Source: an uncultured Chloroflexia bacterium
Lineage (GTDB): Bacteria; Chloroflexota; Dehalococcoidia; DSTF01; JALHUB01
Direction: 5' to 3'
Assembly (NCBI GenBank): GCA_963726245.1
Contig: CAVSBT010000015.1
Span: 64,001-128,000, forward strand
Length of the DNA: 64,000 nt
In this document: in pieces, positions 57,062-64,000 of the stretch
Layout: the number at the start of each line of letters is the position of its first letter
How positions within the stretch are numbered: position 1 is the stretch's first letter
Translations under genes and position numbers: made by a program
The notes under the pieces: generated by a model
Database searches by the model: none
Told to the model about the DNA's origin: nothing
Seen by the model: the letters and a program-made list of their open reading frames with translations, nothing else

Positions 57062-57268
57062 CTATGCCTCGACCAGTTCGGTCCAGGTTGCGGCTTCGGG
57101 GATGGGCTCGCCTTCCTTACGCATCCCCTCCAAATGAAGGTCGATGGCCTGACGAATGTTCCTCTCCACCTCCCCTCGAGTGGCCCCAGTAGCCACACAC
57201 CCAGGCAGATCAGGCACGTAGGCCGAGTAGTTGTTAGCCGTCTTTTCGTACACTACTGCGTATCTCAT
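57062..57268 (-). CDS. hicB: HicB-like antitoxin
   Basis: YSAYVPDLPGCVATG, AIDLHLEG, GEPIP. Confidence 0.9.
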   Translation of the reverse strand: MRYAVVYEKTANNYSAYVPDLPGCVATGATRGEVERNIRQAIDLHLEGMRKEGEPIPEAATWTELVEA

Positions 57269-57465
57269 TCTTGGGCTCCTTTGAGTCCGGCCTGTTTCAG
57301 GATGCTGTTGTACGTGCCGGGGGCCAAGTCATCGTTTGGGTGGCCGGCGATAGTGACCAGGCCTGGCTTGTCTGGATGTTTGTACTGTCGGTGGCCCCCT
57401 CGCGTCCTTATGAGGACCCAGCCTTCCCTTTCAAGTTCGCGGACGACGTCTCGAACCTTCGGCAT
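57265..57465 (-). CDS. hicA: HicA mRNA interferase toxin
   Basis: GWVLIRTRGGHRQYKHP, VTIAGH, GTYNSILKQAGL; ATGA overlap with hicB. Confidence 0.92.
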   Translation of the reverse strand: MPKVRDVVRELEREGWVLIRTRGGHRQYKHPDKPGLVTIAGHPNDDLAPGTYNSILKQAGLKGAQE

Positions 57466-57486
57466 GTCCTAGCCTTACTATAGCCC

Positions 57487-59974
57487 CTATCCCGCCAGCA
57501 CGGCGACGGTCACGCCCTCGCCGCCCTCTTGCTGCGGGGCCGTCTCGACGGCGCGAACCAGCGGGTGGCGGGACAGCATGTCGCGCACCGCCTTCCGCAG
57601 CACGCCGGTGCCCCGCCCATGCACGATGCGCACCGAGCTCAGACCGGCGCGGTAGGCGTCGTCCAGGTACTTGTCGAGGGCCGGCAGCGCCTCGTCGATG
57701 GTCTGGCCTCGTATCTCGATCTCCGGATCGACGGCCGGCGCGGGCGGCATGGCGGGGATGGGCTGCGGCGCGCCCTCCTTGTGGTGCGGGCGCTGCACCC
57801 GCTCCACCTGCTCCAGGGAGACGCGGCTGCGCAGCGGGCCCAGGCGCACCTCGAACTCGCCGTGTTGGTCGGGCGCGCCGACCGCCTCGCCGTAGCGCTC
57901 CAGGCCGCGCAGCCACACAAGGTCGCCGGCCTGGACGGACTCGGGGGCGACGGTGGGCTCCGGACGGCGTGGCCGGCGGCGACGGCTCATGACTCTGGAG
58001 GCGCCGGATGGCCTCATCGGCGGCGGCGAGCTTCTCCTGAGTCGCCTCCAGCCCAGCGGTGTCGGGCGGCTTCGGCGGCCGCACCCTGGGCCGGAGGGCG
58101 GCCGCGGCCTTGCGTGCCAGCTCGGCGGCCTGCTCGGCGGCGGCGCGCTCGTGCTCGATGCGGCGGCGCGCCTCCTCCAGCAGCTCGCGGGTGGCCGACA
58201 CTTCCTGCTCGATGGCGTCGCGGGTGGACGACAGCAGCTCCTCGCGCTCCTCGTCCAACGCCTCCAGTCGCGCCTCCAGCCGCCCGCGGATCTCCTCCGC
58301 CTCGCGACGGGCGACCTCCTCAGACCGCCGCTCGAACGCCGCTTCCTGTCGCTGGCGCTGGATGTCGGCCAGGAGGCTTTCGACCTGCACCTGGTCGGGC
58401 GTCAGCGAGGCCTGGGCGGCTTCGATGACCTCCGGCGCCAGGCCCAGGCGGGCGGCGATGGCCAGGGCGTTGCTGCGGCCGGGCAGCCCGATGCTCAGGC
58501 GGTAGGTGGGGGCCAGCGTCTCCGGGTCGAACTCGACGGAGGCGTTCATGACGCCGGGCGTGGCGTGGGCGAAGACCTTCAGCTCGCCGTGGTGGGTGGT
58601 GGCAACCGTCACGCAGCCGATGGCCAGCAGGTGCTGGAGGATGGCGCGCGCCAGCGCCGAGCCCTCGTCGGGGTCGGTGCCGGCGCCCAGCTCGTCGAGC
58701 AGCACCAGGCTGCGTGGCTCGGCGTCTTTCAGGATGGCGATGATGTTCGTCATGTGGCTGCTGAAGGTGGAGAGCGACTGCTCGATGCTCTGCTCGTCGC
58801 CGATGTCGGCGTGGACGGAGGCGAAGACGGGCACCTGGCTGCTGGCGTCGGCGGGAACAGGCAGGCCGGCGAGCGCCATCAGCGCGAGCAGCCCCGTCGT
58901 CTTGAGGGCGACGGTCTTGCCGCCGGTGTTCGGCCCGGTGATGAGGAGGGCTGAGTAGCCGGTACCCACGGAGAGCGAGATGGGCACGACGTCCCTGGTG
59001 AGCAGGGGGTGACGGGCGTTGACCAGGTTAAGGGGCGCCGGCGCGGCCACCAGCCACGACTGCGACGCGTCCTCGTGGGGCAGCTCGTGGGCGCCCATGT
59101 CGTCGGCCAGGCGCGCCTTGGCCAGGGCGAGGTCGATCTCGGCGAGGCCCTCCACGTCGCCGGTGATGGCGTCGGCGGCGGCGCCGACGGCGGCGCTCAG
59201 GCGTCGCAGCACCCGTTCGACCTCGCGCTCCTCCTCTAGTTGCAGCTCGCGCCAGGTGTTCCCCAGGTCGACGATGGCCAGGGGCTCGAGGAAGATGGTG
59301 GCGCCGCTGGAGGACACGTCGTGGACGATGCCCTGCATCTGGCCCCGGAAGTCGGCCTTGACGGGGATGACATAACGGCCGTCGCGCAGCGTGACGATGG
59401 GCTCCTGGGCGACCTGCCGGCCCTGGGCCGAGTTCAGGATCTCCTGGAGCTTGGCGTTGAGGCGGTCGTGGGCGATGCGCACGTCGCGGCGGAGGGTGCC
59501 GAGGACGGGGCTGGCGGCGTCGGTGACCTCGGCGCGAGGGTTGATGCAGCGGGCGATGTCCGCCACGAGGTCGGGCGCCTCCGGCAGGTCCTCGGCCAGC
59601 TCCGCAAGCAGGGGCAGGCTCGCCTGTCCGGCGGAGCCGCCGCCTGAGAGCCGGGTGATGGTGGCGCGCATCTCCGCGGCGGCCCGCAAGGTAGAGGCGA
59701 GGTCGAGGAGCTCCGTGGGCTCCAGGATGCCGCCCAGGGCAGCCTTGTGGGCCAGGGGGCGCGCGTCGTGGGCGCCGCGCAGCGAGACGCTGGGCTTCAT
59801 GGCCCGCAGGCGCCGCGCCTCAGCCGTCAGGCGGTGGCGGCGCACGACCTCGGCGTGGTTGGTGGATGGCCGCAGGGCGAGGGCCAGCTCGCGGCCGGCC
59901 GAGAAGGAGGCGTGGCGGGCCAGCCGCGCCAGTACCTTCTCGAACTCCAGTGTGGCGAGAGTCTTCTCTTGCAT
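57487..59974 (-). CDS. mutS2: MutS2 (MutS ATPase plus Smr domain; frameshift near 57995)
   Basis: TLEFEKV, ITGPNTGGKT, DIGDEQSIEQSLSTFSSH, LDELGAGTDP, Smr IVHGRGTGVLR, GGEGVT. Confidence 0.94.
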
Positions 59975-60009
59975 CTGCCCGAATTGTAGCAGACCTGCCT
60001 GACCGCGGT

Positions 60010-60207
60010 TTACCTCTTGGGCCTCGCTCCTCTTGACCTGATGCCCAGAAGCGTCGCTCCGGAACCCAGGAGGAAGCCGAAGGCGTACCAGCTACCGTCC
60101 CTCGCGCCGTTGTAGATCGGCCAATCTCCGCCGAAGACGTGGATGACCAGCACGATCCAGGCGGTCATGCCGTTCCAGAACCCCCACAAGAGGTCGGACC
60201 ACCACAT
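60010..60207 (-). CDS. Small membrane protein
   Basis: 65 aa, WGFWNG...IY...WYAFGFLLG; AAGGAG RBS. Confidence 0.7.
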   Translation of the reverse strand: MWWSDLLWGFWNGMTAWIVLVIHVFGGDWPIYNGARDGSWYAFGFLLGSGATLLGIRSRGARPKR

Positions 60208-60263
60208 GTCAGCACACTCCTTTGTGTGTAGACGTTCGGACCATCTACCGTATCACGACAAGA

Positions 60264-60752
60264 CTACAGGTCGCGGCCGAGGACCACCGAGACCTCCCGC
60301 TGGCGGTCGGGGATGTGCCAGTAGGTGCGCAACAGGAGGTCGCCGTCGGGCAGGAGGCGGAAGCCGTGCCTCTGGTAGAAATCGATAGCCCAGGAGGCAT
60401 CGGCCCAGGTGCCGACCAGTAGTCGCGGCGTCGTCGTCAGGCCGATCAAGTGCCGGAGGAGGGCGCTGCCCACACCCCGGCGCTGGCGGTCGGTGAGCAC
60501 GTAGGCGTGGCGTATGAGCGTGACCGCGGGCGGCGGGCGCATGATGGGCTGGTAGCCCATGACCCCCGTCAGCTCGCCCGACTCCTCCCAGCCGAAGAAG
60601 GTCATCTCCGCGCTCTCGGCGATGAGCTCCTCCAGGGGCATGTAGGGCTCGTGGTAGCAGTCGTCAGGGATGACGCCTCGATAGGCGGTGGCGGCGTCGT
60701 TGATCATGCGGAAGATGCGTGAGAGGTCGGCTTCCGTGCAGGGGCGGATCAC
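60264..60752 (-). CDS. GNAT family acetyltransferase
   Basis: LIRHAYV, QRRGVGSALL, AIDFYQRHGF. Confidence 0.88.
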   Translation of the reverse strand: MIRPCTEADLSRIFRMINDAATAYRGVIPDDCYHEPYMPLEELIAESAEMTFFGWEESGELTGVMGYQPIMRPPPAVTLIRHAYVLTDRQRRGVGSALLRHLIGLTTTPRLLVGTWADASWAIDFYQRHGFRLLPDGDLLLRTYWHIPDRQREVSVVLGRDL

Positions 60753-60758
60753 GCGTCG

Positions 60759-62180
60759 CTATCCGTACCGCTCGACCTGGAAGCGGTAGAGAGTGGCTGG
60801 CTCGCCGGGAAGGATGCCCCCCTTGGCGCGGGCGATGGCCACCTGCTCTTCTACGGAGTCGACGCCCGGCAGGCTGGGCAGGAGAAGGCCGCGGCGGCGG
60901 CCGCTCTGGACGATGACCCCGTAGCGGCGTGGGTCCAGCGCCTCCGGCCCGTCGACGCGCTCCGGCGGGCTGAGGACGTCGACGCTGTAGGTAAGGAGGG
61001 GCAGCTCGCTCTCCGTCACGGGGTCGAACCGGGGGTCTCGCGTGGCGGCGGCGATGGCGTTCTGAATGATCTCGTGCGCCAGGTCAGCGTAGGCCGGCTC
61101 GACGGTGCCGATGCAGCCCCGCAGCCCGCCGTGCTTCTTGATGGACACGAAGGCGGCGGCCCGCCGGCTCATCTCAGGCGGCAGGTCGAAGGGTTCAACC
61201 ACCTTGTGGTAGCGCGCATGGTTCTCCACCGCCTCCCGCGCCAGCCGAACGAAGGGGTGGACTGCCTCCGCCGTCTCCGCCCCGGAAGGCCGGCTTCTCC
61301 TGCGGGCGCGCCCTCCTCTGCGCTGCGCAGGTACGCCGCTGGCGCTGGCGGTCTGCGCTTCGCCGTCCTCCCGCGGGCCCAGGACGTCGATGGCCGCCAC
61401 CAGATAGCCGACGCCGAAGGGCCCTTCGTAGGAGAGCACGCGGGGGCGCACCGTGAGACCACTGAGGGCGCCCATGAGGAGGCTCGTCTGGGGCACGGCG
61501 TCCTCAGCGGCGTTGTGGCGGAAGGCGAGGTCGACGTGGAGCATCCAGTCTACGTCCCACTCCTCCAGCGCGCGGCGGTAACGCTCGTCGAATTCGTGAC
61601 CGGCGGGATCGTAGCCATTGGGGGCGCCGGGAAGCAGTGCATGGGAGAGGTCGGCGCTGCAGACGATGGCCGCTCTGCGTCCGAGCCGCGTCAGGGAGTG
61701 GCTCACGGCCTTGCCCAGAGCGTAGTGGGCCTCTGGTGGGAGGAAGGAGATCGCTACGGTCACCAGGCGGGCGCCGCGCATCCCCGAGCGGAGATGGTAG
61801 AGGGGCACGGTGCAGCCCCAGTCCAGATTCAGACCCCAGTCCTCCAGCGCGGTCAGGGGCAAGCCTGCCGCCGAAGCCTCTTGCTGAAGGACTGACACGG
61901 CCTCCAGGTCGTTGTCGAACGCGAAGCTCACGCCGGGCGCACCCCACTGGAGGAAGCCGCCGACAGCGCGCGGGGCCGTCGAGATGCCCATGGACTCGGG
62001 CTGGAGGGGACCGTGAGGACTTATGACGACGACGGTCTCGGGCTGCTGCTCGCCCAGTTCCTCGGCCACCTGGCGAAGCGCCTCGATGGTGTGGGCCGTC
62101 TCGCGTTCACGGCCCCGGCCTATCTCGGGCACGATGACGGGCGGATGAGGCGAGATGCAGGCGAAATTGATGGCGCTCAT
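60759..62180 (-). CDS. LigB/MEMO-like plus AMMECR1 fusion (AmmeMemoRadiSam B/A type)
   Basis: N-terminal [23 protein letters not shown]; C-terminal LRGCIGT, DPRF, GLLLP, FQVERY. Confidence 0.88.
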   Translation of the reverse strand: MSAINFACISPHPPVIVPEIGRGRERETAHTIEALRQVAEELGEQQPETVVVISPHGPLQPESMGISTAPRAVGGFLQWGAPGVSFAFDNDLEAVSVLQQEASAAGLPLTALEDWGLNLDWGCTVPLYHLRSGMRGARLVTVAISFLPPEAHYALGKAVSHSLTRLGRRAAIVCSADLSHALLPGAPNGYDPAGHEFDERYRRALEEWDVDWMLHVDLAFRHNAAEDAVPQTSLLMGALSGLTVRPRVLSYEGPFGVGYLVAAIDVLGPREDGEAQTASASGVPAQRRGGRARRRSRPSGAETAEAVHPFVRLAREAVENHARYHKVVEPFDLPPEMSRRAAAFVSIKKHGGLRGCIGTVEPAYADLAHEIIQNAIAAATRDPRFDPVTESELPLLTYSVDVLSPPERVDGPEALDPRRYGVIVQSGRRRGLLLPSLPGVDSVEEQVAIARAKGGILPGEPATLYRFQVERYG

Positions 62181-62300
62181 GGCCGGCTCCCCGTGAGGTA
62201 TTATAACTCTGTGGAGAGCAGGCGATCTTGTCTGCTTTCCCTCTGTCTTGGGGATGCCACAGGTCTAGCACCGCAGGGCTCGCTGAGAAAGCAGCCGCCC

Positions 62301-62370
62301 GCCCTTCGACAAGCTCAGGGTGCGCGGTTTTCGGATTCCGCTCGTGGTGAGCCTGTCGAACCACGAGCGG
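62301..62370. repeat. REP-like element with paired TTCGAC-AG-GCTCA motifs
   Basis: CCCTTCGACAAGCTCAGGG and CCGCTCGTGGTGAGCCTGTCGAACCACGAGCGG in inverted orientation. Confidence 0.8.
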
Positions 62371-62384
62371 CCCGCTTGGGCTTG

Positions 62385-63767
62385 TCAACAGACCTCACTA
62401 GCGCCGCCTTCAGCGCTTGTAGCAGCAGGCGGTCCTGCCGTCGGGTCCACCGTGCGGGGGTCGAGGAGCAGAGCGTCGCGCTCGATGCGGGCGACCACGG
62501 GCGGCTCTCCCTCCCGCAAGCGCCTGGCGAGGCCTTCCACGTCCAGCGAGCCGTCGCCGCCCAGGGCCAGCAGGCGGGTGGGCAGGCTCTCCTCCGGCAG
62601 GCTGCCGCCTCCCACCATCGAGCGGCCCTCCACCACGCGGGCCGGCAGTCCGGCCCGGCGGCAGGCCCTCCCCCAGCGCTGGGAGCGCCGCTCCAGGTCA
62701 GGCAGGGGCGCGGCGATCATGCGCCAGACGGGAACCTTGCTGACAGCCTCGCCGCGCAGGTAGTGGAGCAGGGTCGCGGCCAGGCCGGCGATGCTCGTCT
62801 TGTCGAGGCGAACGGCGCGGGCCATCGGGTGGCGCTGGAGAAGAGACACCAGGTGCTGGCTTCCCACGACTATGCCCGCCTGAGGCCCGCCCAGGAGCTT
62901 GTCGGCGGAGAAGAAGACGAGGTCGGCGCCGGCGGCCAGCCTCTCCTGGGGCGTGGGCTCCGCCGCCAGCCCGAAAGGCCGGGTGTCCAGGAGGCAGCCG
63001 CTCCCCAGGTCGTCGAAGAGGAGGAGCGAGCGCTGATGGGCGAGAGTCGCCAGCTCAGTCAGAGGCGGCGAATGGGTGAAGCCGCTGAGGCGGAAGTTGC
63101 TGGCGTGCACATGCATGATGGCGGCGGTCTGTTCGCCGATGGCGGCCTCGTAGTCGTGGAGGTAGGTGCGGTTGGTGGTGCCCACCTCTACCAGGCGGGC
63201 GCCGCTCTGGCCCATCACGTCGGGGATACGAAAGCCGCCGCCGATCTCCACCAATTCTCCGCGTGAGATGATCACCTCGCGCCCCTGGGCGAGGGCAGTG
63301 AGGGCCAGGAGCAGGGCGGAGGCATTGTTGTTGACGGCTATCGCGGCCTCGGCGCCGGTCAGGCGGCAGAGGGACGCTTCCAGGTGAACGAATCGAGACC
63401 CCCTCTCGCCCTGCGCGAGGTCGAACTCCAGGTTGCTGTAGCCGCCGCCGACGGCGGCCATAGCGGCCAGCGCCTCGTCCGAGAGGGGAGCGCGGCCCAG
63501 GTTGGTGTGGATGATGACCCCCGTGGCGTTGATGACGGGCCGCAGGGTGGGGGCGAGGCTGGAGGCGGCGCGCTCCACCAGAGAAGACGCGATCTCGTCG
63601 AACGGAGGGCACGGGCGACCGGCGGCGATGGCCTGTCGCAGGTCGTCCAGGTGCCGGCGCGCCAGCTCCGTGACCGTGGGCGTCCCGTACTCAGCGGTCA
63701 GGGCGCCGACGCGGCTGTCGGCCAGTAGCCGGTCGACGCTGGGAAGGCTTCGATAGGCGCTGGTCAA
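62385..63767 (-). CDS. selA: L-seryl-tRNA(Sec) selenium transferase
   Basis: VINATGVIIHTNLGRAPL, YSNLE, SRGELVEIGGGFRIP, EVGTTNRT, DLGSG, DKLLGGPQAG. Confidence 0.97.
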   Translation of the reverse strand: MTSAYRSLPSVDRLLADSRVGALTAEYGTPTVTELARRHLDDLRQAIAAGRPCPPFDEIASSLVERAASSLAPTLRPVINATGVIIHTNLGRAPLSDEALAAMAAVGGGYSNLEFDLAQGERGSRFVHLEASLCRLTGAEAAIAVNNNASALLLALTALAQGREVIISRGELVEIGGGFRIPDVMGQSGARLVEVGTTNRTYLHDYEAAIGEQTAAIMHVHASNFRLSGFTHSPPLTELATLAHQRSLLLFDDLGSGCLLDTRPFGLAAEPTPQERLAAGADLVFFSADKLLGGPQAGIVVGSQHLVSLLQRHPMARAVRLDKTSIAGLAATLLHYLRGEAVSKVPVWRMIAAPLPDLERRSQRWGRACRRAGLPARVVEGRSMVGGGSLPEESLPTRLLALGGDGSLDVEGLARRLREGEPPVVARIERDALLLDPRTVDPTAGPPAATSAEGGASEVC

Positions 63768-63909
63768 GGTACGCTCCTCGACCGTATTCTAGCATGCTGA
63801 GGGCGGGTGCCTCGGCCGGCGTTCTGAATTGCACCTTTTTTCACGATAACCTTGACCATCGACAAGGGGCTCCCTTATGATGGCCGCAGAGTTCGAAGGG
63901 AGGCCTCCA

Positions 63910-64000
63910 ATGAACCTGCGCATCCCCGGCCCGACGCCCTGCCCACCGGAAGTGCTGCAAGCGGTCGGGCGCCAGATGATCAACCACCGCGGACCGGAGT
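63910..64000 (+). CDS. Class V aminotransferase, N-terminal fragment (runs off window)
   Basis: MNLRIPGPTPCPPEVLQAVGRQMINHRGPE; GGAGG RBS; TTGACC/TATGAT promoter at 63852-63881. Confidence 0.85.
   Translation, partial: MNLRIPGPTPCPPEVLQAVGRQMINHRGPE

Noticed and set aside
50442-63767. Selenoprotein (in-frame UGA) near selA/selB
   Set aside because: The gene breaks observed are frameshifts, not UGA codons at conserved Cys positions.

Overview
High-GC bacterial chromosomal segment, most likely Chloroflexota (Dehalococcoidia-like, judged from recalled resemblance of ClpP, AspS, ArgA-type GNAT and SecD; inference). It is mostly housekeeping. In order: a small accessory block (1-5.7 kb), a dcw cluster lacking murE (mraZ to ftsZ, minus strand, 6-22.4 kb), mog-trmD-rplS-priA-def-cca-secDF, plsC-nudix-argA-nadK-tlyA, ubiA, tig-clpP-clpX, opp ABC, aspS, hemW, HDAC, selB, sdhABCD, hicAB, mutS2, an amrB/amrA fusion and selA. 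Many conserved genes are broken by single-base frameshifts, best explained as long-read sequencing errors. The most striking signal is at 37441-37980: a 5'-truncated IS1595-type transposase fragment whose sense-strand T residues appear selectively substituted or deleted (A-to-N on the antisense strand), resembling DGR-type mutagenic reverse transcription acting on a mobile element. No reverse transcriptase gene is visible in this window. Also notable: short palindromic REP-like elements inserted in frame in core proteins, a promoter/terminator-bounded structured RNA upstream of mraZ, and an unusual secreted coiled-coil/hydrophobic-hairpin protein. No rRNA, tRNA or CRISPR array was seen.
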